The notes: generated by a model not told the origin, from the letters alone. A DNA stretch of 64,000 nt from Callorhinchus milii (GCF_018977255.1 NW_024704748.1:20336001-20400000), one strand, 5' to 3'; shown: positions 23,509 through 37,747, counted from the stretch's first letter. Program-made: numbers and translations.

Positions 23509-24282
23509 GTAATAATTAAATAAAGGTTCATTTTTCATTTCCATAAAGTGAGTGCAATGTTACAAGCCCTTCAGTCAAGTAATTGAATAGGCGTAGGCAA
23601 GAGTCTCGATCATTTTTCGTCAAGGGTAGCTTTCTTGATGGGAAGGTGAGGTGAGAAAAAGAGAGATGTTTTCCCTTTTCTTGTTTCATTGTTGACCTCT
23701 TTTGAATTAAGATTATTAATGTTCTTGTTAAGATTATTATTTGCCTCTCCTGTTATGAAAACAAGCCTGACCTACACCATCAGTGAAGTTCTTTCACCTG
23801 AGTGTATAATGGATCGTTAAATGCTTCATTACTTTGGGAAAATGTTCAAAATGAATATGAATTAAATTGGAATTTTTTAATTATTTGTCAGGCTTTCTAC
23901 CTTTGAACATTGGCATCCTTATTTTTGTCTTCTCTCCCCCTCCACAGTTTAAAAATGACTTTCTACCGTATTGTTATTTCTCTGCTTTTCCCTCATTTTT
24001 TCTTTCTGTGAAGCACATGCTAGATCAAGAACTTGTCATATGATATGCATTGGATAGAAACTCTATTTTACCAAAGCATGGAGCAATGTATTAATGTAGC
24101 AATGTGACATAGTATTTCGTTAACCTTTTAGTAGTTTCTAAACTTGAATTTTTTAAAAAAAATCCTCAAGTAATCTATTACAATTATCAAATTGTCTAAT
24201 ATGGAGGATAGCATCCTATAAAGTAATCTACACTACCATGCCTAAAGATTTATGAACCAGTTTCTGTATTCTTGTATTCTAG

Positions 24283-24375
24283 GCTGGGTAAATACACTTG
24301 TTGGAGGGCAAAAAGAAGGAGCCAAAGGCTTCATGTTTTTCATCATTAATGTGGACCTTACTGAGGAAGGACTTG
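24283..24375 (+). CDS. IDE: IDE exon 8 ([30 protein letters not shown])
   Basis: 93 nt, canonical sites. Confidence 0.96.
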
Positions 24376-24669
24376 GTACGTACATTTTACTCATTCCATG
24401 GACCATGATATTTATATCTATAATAACCAAGTGTTATTGTTTAAAAAATCGCAACTACTTTCTATGACTGCTTTCAGAAGTATAATGTGAGATTTCAGTA
24501 AAATCACATTTAAATTTATTACCTCAAATGTTTTAACCTATTTCAAAGGAAAGTGGGAGGATAATGTTGCGAATTTCATTTTGTCAATATTATAATTCTT
24601 GCATTTAGTATAATGCATTATCACATCAAAACATCATAGTTGTGTAGTTAGTTGACATGCTGCTCAACA

Positions 24670-25180
24670 TGTCAAAGCAGTGCGAGGCATCAACAAATAA
24701 AGCAAAATGAGATTCTGGGCTACATTTGTTGAGTCCAGAACTCCAGTCATCCTCGAGCTGTATTGTGCTCTGGTCAACCTACACCTAGAGTATTGTGTAC
24801 ACTTTTGGTCGCCACAATACAAGAGGGTTTCCGAGGCCATAAAAGCAGTGCAGAGGTGAGCAAACTGGGATGCTCCATAGCATTAGAGGACTGATGCTTT
24901 TCTGTCTCAGAAGGCACCTTTTTAAATAGGATTCAGAAAGGAAGCCCAGAACAACACTTGGATGCATCAGTACAGCAATTGGTTTAACAACTGGTTTGGG
25001 TTGCAAAGGGCCATTTCAGAACAGACGCCAGAAAGTATTTACTTACCTAGAGAGTAATTATTGACTGGTTACCAGGAGTTGTTTGAGGCCTGAATGCTGG
25101 ATTCATTTTTTTTAAAAAAAAGCTTGATGTTGTGATGGGAGGAAAGTAGAGTGGGTATTATGAGATCAATTGGGCCTTGT
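24670..25180 (+). mobile_element. Degraded CR1 LINE fragment
   Basis: Encodes LYCALVNLHLEYCVHFWSP, resembling the CR1 RT C-terminal LY.ALVRPHLEYCVQFWSP motif. Confidence 0.65.
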
Positions 25181-25774
25181 TCATTCATAGCTCTCTAGGC
25201 AAGTGCTTCAGAGATTTTCTGTAAAATGTACTGACTGTATTTGTAGGCAAATATGCAATCATCATTTAAAGCCTTGGAATATATTGTATTGCTAAAGATT
25301 ACATAGATGGTGGATGTGTTATACATATGATAAAACAGACTGGAGGATGTTAAACTGCCTTTGGCTTGAGATGATCTAAAATGGTAAGAGTGAATCCTAG
25401 TTGTATATACTTCAGCCAAATTCTGTAACATTGAAATTCACTCAACCTATAACGCATGGTGTAATTTGTGGGGACATTTTGTACCTGCAGTAACACAAGT
25501 TGGCAAATTGACCAGTTCCTGTGAAGAAATAGTGATTTTGATTATTGTTTTTCTAAATGTTGGGTTTTACTTTATTAAATGTTGCAGGGAATTGATAAAC
25601 AGGTGTACCTATATCAGCGCCTAGGGATGTCCTCCCGACATGAAAAGCACTATCCAAATGTAATTTCGTATTGTATCTACATATGTTATAAAACTCGAAA
25701 CAGTTTGAGGATCTTTTCAACCAATATAATTGTATGTAATGCTTGCTTTCTTACCCTGGCTTTGCTTCATATAG

Positions 25775-25866
25775 TACACGTGGATGATATAATTCTTCAC
25801 ATGTTCCAGTACATCACTAAACTGCGTACAGAAGGGCCTCAGAAATGGATTTTTCTGGAGTGTAAG
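25775..25866 (+). CDS. IDE: IDE exon 9 ([30 protein letters not shown])
   Basis: 92 nt. Confidence 0.95.
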
Positions 25867-26133
25867 GTAATGAGGAAAGACAATTGGTTTAATAATTTAA
25901 TTGCTTTGTAGTCCAGACAGACACTGGCTACACAAGTTGTGTGGAAATTAAATGGAAGGTGACATTTTTTTGGGTTCTTGAACAATAATTGATTATTATC
26001 TTACTGCTAAAGTGGGATTTTGTTTTGGTATCAAATCTTTGGATCAACAAATATCAAATGTATTTTTTTAATAAGAGGAGCGCATGTTTAATATCTTAAC
26101 TTTCTTGAATAAGCTATTTTTTTTAAAATCTAG

Positions 26134-26214
26134 GATTTGAATGCCATGGCTTTTAGATTCAAAGATAAAGAGCGACCACGAGGCTACACTTCAAAACTTG
26201 CCGGATCATTGCAT
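26134..26214 (+). CDS. IDE: IDE exon 10 ([27 protein letters not shown])
   Basis: 81 nt. Confidence 0.95.
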
Positions 26215-26746
26215 GTATGTGAAAGTTATCATTCATTTACTACTACATTTCAAAATTTTCTTTTTAACTGTGTTTTGGGATCAAATCCTGTATTCTAACA
26301 ATATAAGAATTATAGTAATCTGACTCCTTAATTAAGAAAATATTACTGTGGCAGGAAAAGTACTTTATCTGTTTTCCACATTTTTTGCATAGTTTAGCAA
26401 CAACAAATCCAGCATTTACTGAGAGGTGGTGCACTCTGATACCCCTATCAGATTTTGTCATGATCTGTGTTCATGGATTTCAAACTTCATTTCTACTTGT
26501 GATTTAGGAGACAATTAGTTAACCAAATCTTTGATCAGTACTAATTTATGAAGTGAAATTAGTTCCTGGGTGTGTGAAGAATTTTTGGGGGATTTGGCAG
26601 TTAGCAATAATGTGTTAACCTTTCATGCAATCTATGATTTTCTTTAAAAAAAATTGTAAACAACATAGTAATTTTGTCATTCCATAATTTCCATGTTCAT
26701 GAATCAACTCTGTGCTCTTGCATCCTTTCTTCTCACTCTCCTTCAG

Positions 26747-26850
26747 TACTATCCAATTGAGGAAGTTCTGGCAGCTGATTTTTTGCTGGAAGAATTTCAG
26801 CCTGAACTAATAGAAATGGTCCTGGACAAACTGATACCAGAGAATGTGCG
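26747..26850 (+). CDS. IDE: IDE exon 11 ([34 protein letters not shown])
   Basis: 104 nt. Confidence 0.95.
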
Positions 26851-27184
26851 GTGAGTTACGGTATTGGTGCCCTTCCATGTATTTGTTTATATACTTTATA
26901 CTTAAGCTCTTAAACACATAACCATCTCCAGTGCTATTCATTTAATATTTTTCATTTATTCCAGCATTTTCTTAAAGGAAAGCAAGCTTGAATTGCTACC
27001 ACCAGACACCTTTGTAATTTGCTATTTCTGTCTCAAATATTTGCTTCCAGGTTACTCAGTGAATAAGCAGTTTTATGTCAGGTATTAAATGCATTTCTGC
27101 ACCAATAGTGTGAAAGAAATATTATATCTGATACAATCTTGTTGTCTAATTCCTTCCTGTTATACTATGTGTTTTCCCTTAAAG

Positions 27185-27287
27185 GGTGGCAGTGGTTTCT
27201 AAAACGTTTGAAGGGAAAACTGATAAGACTGAGAAATGGTACGGTACAGAGTACAAACAAGAAAGTATTCCTGAGGATGTTATTGAG
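27185..27287 (+). CDS. IDE: IDE exon 12 ([34 protein letters not shown])
   Basis: 103 nt. Confidence 0.95.
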
Positions 27288-27958
27288 GTGAGCCTCCTCG
27301 TTTGCATTATTTTTATTTCAGCAAATTCAATCATTCTTAACTGAAGATTGAGCATTCTTTTAGCTTCTTTGCACAGTGCACTCAGACACTTATGCTGTTT
27401 GAAACCAACTGCAACATGTGCAGCACCAATTCTAAACAGTTTTCACTGATGGTTTTGAGACCATGTTGCAAAGATTTCAAACTGTCCTGAAAAATACTTA
27501 ATTCAATATTCTGTCAGTTGTGAAAATGTTTTCTATGAGTTTGAACCTGTGGCCGGCCGCACACGCACTCTAATTCAATCTTGAACTTTTAGCAATCACT
27601 TCTGTTTATCACCGTAATCTGAATGCTGGATTTGTGTTAACTCCATAAGAAAAAAGATAGCAATGTTTTTGAAATTGTTAACTGCTAAGGAATCATGGAA
27701 GTGAATGTTGCTAAGCAATAATGGATATGTTTGTATCCAAAAGGAAAGTTTTTGATGAATTGAGTTTACATTAAACCCATTAAAAATACTTAACATAATA
27801 ATACTTGAATTTTAACATTGAGAAACTATTCAACATTTAGAAAAAATATCTTTAAATGATTTAACAACAAGTATTTTAAAAATCTTAATGGTGATCACCA
27901 GGTAAAATCCTGGACATGAAAGGAGTTTTAATAAAGGAAACTTGGTTTACTTCTGCAG

Positions 27959-28081
27959 AAATGGAAAAACGCCAACCTAAATGGAAAATTTAAGTTGCCA
28001 GATAAGAATGAGTTTATTCCGACAAATTTTGAGATTATACCGTTAGAAAAAGATGCTACTTCATTCCCTTCTCTTATTAAG
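27959..28081 (+). CDS. IDE: IDE exon 13 ([26 protein letters not shown]...LIK)
   Basis: 123 nt. Confidence 0.95.
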
Positions 28082-28270
28082 GTAAGTAATTCTAAACCTG
28101 TATGGATTTTAATGTAAATAGTTGGGACGGTGGGAGGCACCCATATGAGAGTATAGACTACTGAAATCTGTTAATTATGCTACATACTGTACATGAAGAA
28201 AATGTTTACAGCAACTTTGAATATGTCTTTTCAAGTTTCAACAATGTAGCCTTTATTAGAATTCATTGTT

Positions 28271-28584
28271 GAGTCCTGTAGCTCAGTGGTTAGAGCACTC
28301 GCTTTGCAAGTGAGAGACCTGAGTTCAATTCCAGGCAGAGCGAAACCTTGGGCAAGTTTCCTTACTCCACACAGAGCCTAATAATAATAATCCCTCCAAA
28401 ACAATAATAAATTGGTCATTTTCAATCTACGACTGTTTGTGGGACATTGCTGTGCGCAATTGGCTGCTGCATTCGCCCACAAATATACAGCGAATTCCCT
28501 TTACAGTGTGTTCTGTGAAGCGCTTTGGGCCGTCCTCCCGACGTGAAAAGCGCTATATCAAATGCAAGGATTATTATTATTATT
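28271..28584 (+). mobile_element. Full-length young tRNA-Ala-derived SINE
   Basis: A/B boxes and (ATT)n tail. Confidence 0.92.
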
Positions 28585-28935
28585 GCAAATACGCTCTGTT
28601 TAAAATCTGCACTGAAATCCATTTACATTTTCTTTGGCTTTGTTCACCATTCACTGTAGTTAAAAGTATATAGTTGTGGTCAAATCAAAAATTTTTAGAA
28701 AGAAATATTTTCATCTGTACTACTTGGTAACAGATCAGAGCATAGAATATACTAGCAAAGATCTTTACTCAAATTGAAAAGTCTATTGGCTCTGCATGTA
28801 ATGTCACACCACCCTGATAAACGTTAAGTGATGTGCTACTTCAGTTTGGGGCAAGATCAGGAATTCAGGTATTCCCACATTTGTTTAATCTAATCACCAT
28901 CACCCAAATTTAGCAAACGTGTGAAGTGAGTAGTT

Positions 28936-29425
28936 AAACAACAACAACAAGATTACATTTGTATAGCGCCTTTCATGTTGGGAAGGCGTCCCAAGGTGCT
29001 GGACAGTGTATAGTATTTCAGACTTGAGCTGGGAGGGAGAAGGGAGTGAAAGGGGGTGACCAATGGTCGAAGAGGCGGGTTTTGTGGCGGACTTGAAGGA
29101 GGCTAAAGAGGGGGCGAGGTGGAGTGATTGGGGGATGGAGTTCCAGAGGTTGGGGGCAGAATGGCCGAAGGCTCTCCCACCAATGGTGGGGCGGGTGGGT
29201 TCGTGGGACGTGGAGCAGGCCGGAGTCGGCTTAGTGGAGGGAGAGGGCGGGTTGGTAGGGGGTTAGGAGGTCGCAAAGGTAGGGTGGGGCAAGGCCATGG
29301 AGGGCTTTGTAGGTGAGGACCGGGATCTTGAACTGGATCCTCTGAAGAAAGGGAGCCAATGGAGTCGGGCGAGAATGGGGGAGATGGGGTCACGGAGTTT
29401 GGTGTGGGAGAGGACACGGGCTACA
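28936..29425 (-). mobile_element. L2 LINE 3' fragment
   Basis: ISPILARLHWLP motif and (GTT)n tail. Confidence 0.85.
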
Positions 29426-29673
29426 GAAACAGCAGAAAGCTGCATTGCAGACAAAGAACCAGTGATGGAAATACTCAGTAGAGATGCATAATTTCTTATT
29501 CTAAAGAACTAAATACTGGAATTAGAAATGTTTGCTGTGAAGCAGCCTGGTGTACCTATGAGCGCATCATTGGGAGGTTTTACGATTGACAGGATTGAAA
29601 GTGCTACAGTTAAAAGGAACTTCATATGTTATATAATTTTGAAATTAGTTACAGATGCATTTTATGTTTGCAG

Positions 29674-29756
29674 GACACGGCCATGAGCAAAGTATGGTTT
29701 AAACAAGACGACAAATTCTTTCTGCCAAAAGCTTGCTTAAATTTTGAAGTGTTCAG
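29674..29756 (+). CDS. IDE: IDE exon 14 ([27 protein letters not shown])
   Basis: 83 nt. Confidence 0.95.
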
Positions 29757-30929
29757 GTATGTTCTTTTAAATTGATGGAATTCTTAGTGGAAACAAATTC
29801 ATATTGTGTAAAATATAAGCAAAGGAGCTAATAATTATCGTGTACTGCATGTTGCAAATTTATATTTGCAACAGACTTGCACGTATCACTTATAATGAGG
29901 TGAATTTTAGTATGGCTTTTAATGTGGGGCGTCCTCCCGATGTGAAAGGCACTATACAAATGTAATCTTGTTCTTGTTGTAAATAAATATAGCAAAGACG
30001 ATGAGTGGATAGCTGTTTAGATGTTTAATAATAATGCTTACATTTAGTATAGTGCCTTTCGTGTTAGGAGAACATCTCAAAGCTCTTCACAGGATATACC
30101 GTAAAATGGAGACTTTTTTGACAACCATCCCTCCACCACCACCGTTATAAATGGAGTTACTTGGGTTTTCCACAAAGCTTAACAGTGGATACAATCTACA
30201 TAGATGAGTAAAATATTCCATCTTCAGCTGGGCTGCTGCAGGGGGTTGTTTTAAGTTTCACTTGCCTGAGCCACAGAGCAGCATTGGCCAACTTATGGCT
30301 AAAGAACTTCTATTTAGTTTAATTGTGCTGTGGGTTTGAGAAATTCATACTGTTTGCCAACTGACTAGTAGAGTCAAATTGTGTACAGGAGTAATTCCAC
30401 CTCCCATGCAATATTCAACTAGTCATCTGTCTGGTTGTTGGCTACTGGTTGGCTCCTAGAAATCTACTTGGACTTCTTTTGGACAAGTAAACCATAGTAT
30501 TACTTCAGGGCTTGTTTAGATGGAACACCACCGTTGGTGAGAAGTCATCACATGTGTTCGGAAGTAAATTTTCACCACCTTGAAGGTGTGACCTCTCATT
30601 TTAGAATGTGTATTATCTAAGAGGGTCTAATTATCTATTTGTCATCACATCAGTTTCTTGCAGGAACTTGAATACCTTGACAAGATCACTCCTGAGTCTC
30701 CTCGGCTCCTGTGTGAATAGGGCCCAGTTCTTCAAAACTTTTTATTGTAGGGGCGCCTTCTAAGCGTTGGACTTGATATATATATAACCCAAGTTTTCAA
30801 TCAGGATTTGTAGTGTCACTGTAGTACCAACAACTTCAGATCTCTCTGTATCTTTCTCTCTCTCTCTCACAGGTCTTTCCTCACAGAGCTGGACCTTTTG
30901 TCTTTCCCCTCTGCCCCCACACACATTCA

Positions 30930-31020
30930 CTTTCCCTCTCTTTCTATCTTTCTCTGTCTCTCTCTCTGCCTTACTCTGTTCATCTGTCTTTCTCTGTGTG
31001 TGTGTGTGTGTGTGTGTATA
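30930..31020 (+). repeat. (CT)n/(TG)n microsatellite
   Basis: Seen directly. Confidence 0.85.
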
Positions 31021-31309
31021 TATCTTTCTCCAATTTTATACTTGCCTCTATCTAATGTCCCTTCATAATTAAAAGTTTTGGGGTGGGGTCGCGGGGAGTA
31101 ATTAAATCTTTTTGGTGACAATTTCACTCGGACTGCAATAAGCAAACATTACGTGATGTGTGTGTTTATGCAATGTTTATGATGGGGTTTGGCTATCTGG
31201 AGGAAACTACAAAGTCATCGTGATCTTGTAAAAGTGAATTCAGCCTTCTGTTTTACTAAGTAGCAATTTATGGCAACAGGATTTTAATTGTTGACATGTT
31301 CTCTTCCAG

Positions 31310-31454
31310 CCCATTTGCTTATGTGGATCCATTACATTGTAATATGGCCTATTTATATATTGAACTGCTGAAAGATTCTCTCAACGAGTATGCATATGCA
31401 GCAGAGCTAGCTGGCTTGAACTATGACCTACAAAATACGATCTATGGAATGTAT
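31310..31454 (+). CDS. IDE: IDE exon 15a ([48 protein letters not shown])
   Basis: 145 nt, ttccag acceptor and gtaagt donor. Confidence 0.96.
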
Positions 31455-31719
31455 GTAAGTACCCAAGTTCAGGGAAACAAAGCTGCAGAATTCTCTCCTT
31501 CAAAAGTTAGCTATTTTTGGTTTGTACTCCCCCTTCCATATGATCAGTTGAAATATTTCTCTCCTCCTTCCATCAACTAAGATTATTAGTTATCTAAGAG
31601 GCTGCATATACATACTCTTCAACAAGTTTTTTTTTTTACCCTTTGTAATATCACTGCTTAAATATTAATTACCTTCTAGAGGTTTATTCTCGACTTATAT
31701 TTTGTTTTCTTTCTGTTAG

Positions 31720-31864
31720 TCGCTACATTTATGCTGACCCTCTTCATTGCAACATGACATACCTCTATATCAGGTTGTTGAGGGATGATTTAAAAGAGTA
31801 TACATATGCAGCTCGCCTCTCAGGCTTGGTGTATTCACTAGTTCCAGCAATGAATTCGATTCTT
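31720..31864 (+). CDS. IDE: IDE alternative mutually exclusive exon 15b ([48 protein letters not shown])
   Basis: 145 nt, same phases as 15a, open frame, strong pyrimidine tract and gtaagt donor, paralogous to 15a. Confidence 0.9.
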
Positions 31865-34035
31865 GTAAGTAGACGAGCAGGAGAGGAATACAGCTTGAAA
31901 GTGAAGTGTTCGCAGGTGCACAAGCTTAATGCACTTCTTACATGTACATGTGTTTGATATTGCATTTTTAAATTGACTAATAAGACTGATTTGTAGTGCA
32001 CCTACAATTATTAGTTATCTTAAGAATGAAGGATTTGTTTTGTGTAATTATTAAGTACATGTGTTTATACCACAACTGGTTGCAGGTTGAGTAATTTTTT
32101 CAATGAACCAGTTATTTGTTGACATAACTGGCAATTTATTTTATATGGCAATAGTTGGCCTGCCATATGTTGCAACTTTCAACAAATTTGGAATGCATCA
32201 TTTTACTTGTGATGTGAAGTTTTCTTTAATGGGGAGCCGTTCATTCCATGGGTTGTCCCACTTGAGAGACCTCAACTCACTCACAATCTTGCATTGTGTG
32301 GTTTCTGAAGTTGTTCTTGACTATCACTAAAGTGAGTTGTGCACTTTTTCTTAAATTAACTGCTCAGGTATCATTAAACCCATTAATAGAGTGCATTAAT
32401 ACTCAAATGTTCTAATCCTATTCCTATCCCACTGTTTGAAATTGAAGCCTTGTTCACTACTGCATGGAGTGAATTGTGCCAATAATTGTTGTGTAAAGCT
32501 TTAGATATCTCAATTATGGTCCTCTTTGAAAAAAATCTTTGACCCAGAATAGTAAAAATACCAATGTTCTGGTTGATATCTGTTATAAGAGAAATAAATC
32601 TGTCATGAAATAATGTTTTATCTATAATTGCAATTCAACTTTGCTGTTGTTAACTACTACATTCTGAGCTTTCTTAAAGTACAAAAAAATAAGGTTGGTA
32701 TCCTCTCCTTTTGAAAAATAGATGGCACATTGAGAAGAGAGAGGGAAAGACATTCAGTGCAGCAAAGTGTGAAGTTTTATAGTACATGTTGGCAGGAATA
32801 GAGAATGCAAAAAGTGGTACAGTTAAAATTTAAAATTGACGGATCTAGGTGTACAAATAAATTTTTGCTAGAGGTAGAGAAAGACATCAAAAGACAAATG
32901 GGATTCTTTGTTTTATGTACAGAGCTGTTGAATTCATGTAGCTTCTTCAGATTACACAGAATCAATTTCCAATATTGATTTTCCTGATAGTATAAAATTG
33001 AGACAATAATCATAATGGTTTAATAGTAATTTTTTTTTCTGCAAGATCTAAATTCAGTATTTGGTGGTACATTTACAATATACAATGTTTCTGAGAATGA
33101 GATTACATTATTTTATTTGAGTAATTTGATTTGGTTAATACCCATTATCAAAAGGTTTACATTTGATGTTTTCACCACATGAAACCTAATATTGAATTAT
33201 AAGCGATTTGAGGATTTTTCACTAATATGTGTGAAAGCCTGTTTGCTTCAGCAAAGTTAAACTGCTGTTGTTCAAGGAAGGGAGGGGTAATAGAATTATT
33301 GCTAATCAACCAAAATTCCATTCACAGCTCTAAAGCACTAATAGCTGTGAAACTACTTGCAGATTATCTTCTGATTCTCTAATACTGGAGTTAACATGTA
33401 CAGCCCCTCCCAACAGCTCCTCCTCACAAAACAATATTTCAAAAAAGATCTTTTATAAACTATTGACAAGCTTATGTTTGAGGTGAATCCTCCACCAGCA
33501 CCGAAAGTACACTCTAAGATTGCAGGGTAAATGTTCTGAAGTGTCCTTCCCCTACACCACCTGAGATAGGTTGGAGCCCAATTGTGGAGAAATCTATCTT
33601 GGATTCTCTAACTGTGAAGGAAGCTGCATTGTGACTTTCATCAATCATTCAATTTCAGGGATTGCAGAATGTTCTTGGTTTTCATTCACACACCAGATCT
33701 ACAGTTGGATTTTCAGTCCACTTGTGTGAATTTGATCCACTAATCATATACACTTGATTTGACACGAGCCACTTAGCACTTAAAAAGACATACGTCCTAA
33801 GTTGATTTTTTTAAAAAAAACACACACAGCAAATTTTCCATCTCAGGAAAGTTGGATTTGTTATGAAGTTGCATAAACACTTTATACTACTGCTTTTGCC
33901 TAACTTCTGAGAATTTCAGTGGATTTCACTTATCCTGTGAATTTTGTTGATATATGGAAACCCAAAAATGTGTCTTGTATGCAAAATATTGCTTCTCGTA
34001 TATAAAAAGTTTTTGTGCTCCTTACTCTGCAACAG

Positions 34036-34146
34036 TTGTCAGTGAAGGGGTACAGTGACAAGCAGCACATCCTTCTCAGGAAGATAGTTGAGAAGATGGC
34101 AAACTTTGAGATTGATGAGAAGCGATTTGAGATAATCAAGGAAGCA
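34036..34146 (+). CDS. IDE: IDE exon 16 ([37 protein letters not shown])
   Basis: 111 nt. Confidence 0.95.
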
Positions 34147-34435
34147 GTAAGTAATACATTATATGTTTGTTTTCCACTGGTAATACAAATCTTATATTAA
34201 AGTTTGGTCACGTCCCAGTGATCCAGCCAGATATAAATTAAATTAGTGAGATTATTCATGTTCATGGCTAGGTTGATAATTGCTGATACTAATTTGCTAA
34301 CATTGAAAACAAATGGGAGGGGAAATGGAAAAGAGTGCACATTCAGTGAATGAGTTCACTGAAATTGCAGTGGGCAAGAGTGGGTTAGACACTATGAAAC
34401 TTATTTGTAGATAATTTTAAACATTTTTATTTCAG

Positions 34436-34556
34436 TACATGCGATCCCTGAGTAACTTCAGAGCAGAGCAGCCTCACCAACATGCCATGTATTACCTCAG
34501 ATTGCTAATGACTGAGGTAGCCTGGACTAAAGATGAACTTAAGGAAGCTTTGGAAG
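34436..34556 (+). CDS. IDE: IDE exon 17 ([40 protein letters not shown])
   Basis: 121 nt. Confidence 0.96.
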
Positions 34557-34957
34557 GTAAGAATGCTGCCTTTTTCACTAAATTTCGTAAAACATCTTCA
34601 GAACAGACTAGTATAAGTAAATAAATAAAAATCTGTTGGAATGAAAACAAATTAACTAAAATTTTCAAAACCAATTCAGAATGATGTTGAAACATCCAAA
34701 TGGGCTTAATTACAGAATTTTAATTAGAACAGAAGTGAGCTGACGTAGGAGAAGCAAATGGAAACACAGTTGTATGGTGTTTCCATATGTTGTACGGTGG
34801 CTGTGGCTACATCTGCAACCTGGATGGGATTTGCTTCCTAGATTTTCCATTGACGATGCACATATTTGGTATCCAGAGTCTTGACATACCAATCCAGTAC
34901 TTTGTGGTCTCAGAGAAAGGCAGCAGATGGCTGCCTACGTCAGAGTAATGTCTTTAG

Positions 34958-35289
34958 TGGAGTCCTGTAGTGAAGTGATTAGAGCACTTGCCTCTCAAGC
35001 AAGAGGACCCGGGTTTGTTTCTCGGGTGGAGCAAAACCGTAGACAAGTTTCCTTACTCCACATACCTCTGTTTATTTAGCACTGAGGAAGAACCCAGTTA
35101 GTCGATTAGCAAATTGCTTTCCGGGGATAATAATCCACGACTGTGGGAAACAGCCGTGTGCAATTGGCTGCTGCATTTTGTGCACACATTATACAGTCTT
35201 TGCAATTTGCAATATATTCTGTGAAGCACTTTGAGATGTCTCAACGATGTGATAAGGCGGTATATCAAATGCATGGATTATTATTATTA
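34958..35289 (+). mobile_element. Older full-length SINE subfamily copy
   Basis: Diverged tRNA head, cctctgtttatttagca segment, shared tail. Confidence 0.8.
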
Positions 35290-35810
35290 AGTTCTCCATG
35301 TGAAAACAGCTCAATCGATCTTGGACAGGTAGGAGGTGAGGGTGGTAAATGATCATGGTCATCCTTTGGGACAAAGTAAACATTTAAACCTTTGATAATA
35401 AATATTCTTGATTGCTGATTGAAGGACCAATAGAACGAGGCTTCCTTTTTTTTGTGCATCAGTCAGAGCTAAGGTATAAAAGTATAAAACGATCCCTTCC
35501 CTCCCCTCTACCTCAAAATGACTTCACCTATAGTTCCAGTTTGTTTTGCACTTCTGTTTCTGCTTCTGTAAAATCAATCACCATTGAATCTGGGCCAAGT
35601 GTTGTATGAATCCAGAACGTAATGTAGTTATCAAATGAATACGTGCAGTTGTATAGTGCATGAGGTAAGGTACATTGGAAGAAAATCTTTTTTATGGTAG
35701 ATTTCTATTCTTGCTACAGTACATAATGCATTATGATCCACTGTATTAGTTCTCCAGAGATACTGTCCAATAAAAAAAGATTGATTCAGCTGTCTAACAA
35801 TCTGTTCCAG

Positions 35811-35902
35811 ATGTCACTCTCCCACGCCTCAAGGCCTTTATACCTCAACTGTTGTCAAGGCTACACATTGAAGCACTTCTCCATGGCAATATAACAAGAC
35901 AG
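35811..35902 (+). CDS. IDE: IDE exon 18 ([30 protein letters not shown])
   Basis: 92 nt. Confidence 0.95.
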
Positions 35903-37635
35903 GTTGGTTAGTTTTCTGAGATATAAAACTAAGTGTTTTTATTGAAATTGTTGCCAATATTGCACTGAATTCCCCAAAATATTAAATTTACATTACGCTT
36001 AAATATTTTAAGTGTACCATAAATTTAATAATTTATTTTCAGTTACAAATACATACATTGGCATGAATCCTAATCACAGTTAGCCTGAAATATTGAAGGT
36101 CAAATGTGTTAGAATGTTAGTTTAAGAGGAGGAAAAAATACTTGCGCCTCCAAATTAGATATATTGAAATAAATATTTGTAAAATGCAGCATTGTCTGCT
36201 GTATGTTTTCACAGTACCCATCATTCCAGGGCCAAAGTTTTTAGTAAAATACTGATTAATTTATTCAAAGCTCATCTGTTTTTACAGTTCCACTGAAACA
36301 TAAATGATTCAGTAGCTATTTTGTTCCAACAACGATGAAGCTGATTAAGTGTTCACTGTATTCTCTGTTGCCTTGTGTTTCAGTAAAGACGATTCATAAG
36401 TCTGTAAATCATATCCAAAGCAAAATAACTATTTCTATCATCAAAATTCTCTTTATTTGTAAAAAAATATATAATTTGGGTCTTAATCCTCATATTGGTT
36501 AAAGGTATGTTGCATGTGTTTCAAGAAATTCTAAAATTGCTTCATCCGCTGGCATCTAGTTGTGAGTGACTGTTATAAACCTTTGGTTTGCTTGAATGTT
36601 TAAATGGACTGTTGTTTCAGAGAAGAGAGGAGTCCAAAAGAGCGGCAGAACAGCTTAGTTAAAATGGAATCTCTTGCAAGTACTTAAGGTGTTCTTGTGC
36701 CACAAATGCTAGTTTTTGAGCTGTGTATTGATGAACATCTTTTAAAAATGCCAGGAACATTCTGTGATGTTCTTTCTCATATGAGCTTCAATACATAACT
36801 CAAATAGATATATTGGCTGGTCACCAATTGAAGATGTTGAATATATGCAGTACCAAAGCAAAAACCAGGAATTAACTTAATTTTAGCATTGATTAAACTT
36901 CTAATAAAGGAAGCTACGATTTGAATTACACCCTGCTGAGATTATACCTGTGAATTATGAAAAGGAGCATGTGGTACTTAATCAGTTTATATCTTTTTAA
37001 ACAATTTTGCTGCTGAGTAGCCAGGGCCTAGTGTTTTCAGACCATTTGTAGGTACACCAAGTAATTTGTGTTATTGGTGATGAAATGTTACATGTTGCTA
37101 GGGAATTGTCCATCTTTGATCTCATTTTTTAAAACAAAACTTGTGCACATTGATATACCTGCTATTACCAACATATTGCAAAGTTCAGCTGAGCGAAAAG
37201 CTCGCTCACTACATTATTCATTGTCACTTGCTGAGCAAAGCAGATAGTATCAGTTGTTCCTTACTCCGGGTGTTATTCATTGGAAAGTTAACCATTTGGT
37301 TTGAATAGAAAAGTAATGCATCTTTTGTGCATTTGGACATTTCTTTGTATTACTTGCCCTGACTAAAATCTATTGCTTTTATGCAATCATGCACAAACAA
37401 TAAAATAAATTTTTGAACATAATAATTTTGAGTTAGCTTCTCAATAAGAAGTGATGCAAAGAGTCCACGGACCCTACAATAAAACCATTTGCACTTTTTA
37501 AAGTCATTGGAGTTTTTCTAGATACAAGTGAAGGCTTACCTTTCTGCTGTTTGTCTTTTTAATATAGAAACAATCTAAGAAATAGGTGTGCAGATGATTT
37601 AACTTTTAAATTGTAATCTGTCCCTTTGAATCTAG

Positions 37636-37747
37636 ACTGCTTTGAATATCACGCAAATGGTTGAAGACACCCTTATTGAGCACGCTCATACTAAACCTCT
37701 TCTTCCTAGTCAACTGATCCGGTACAGAGAGGTACAACTTCCAGACA
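37636..37747 (+). CDS. IDE: IDE exon 19 ([37 protein letters not shown])
   Basis: 112 nt. Confidence 0.95.
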
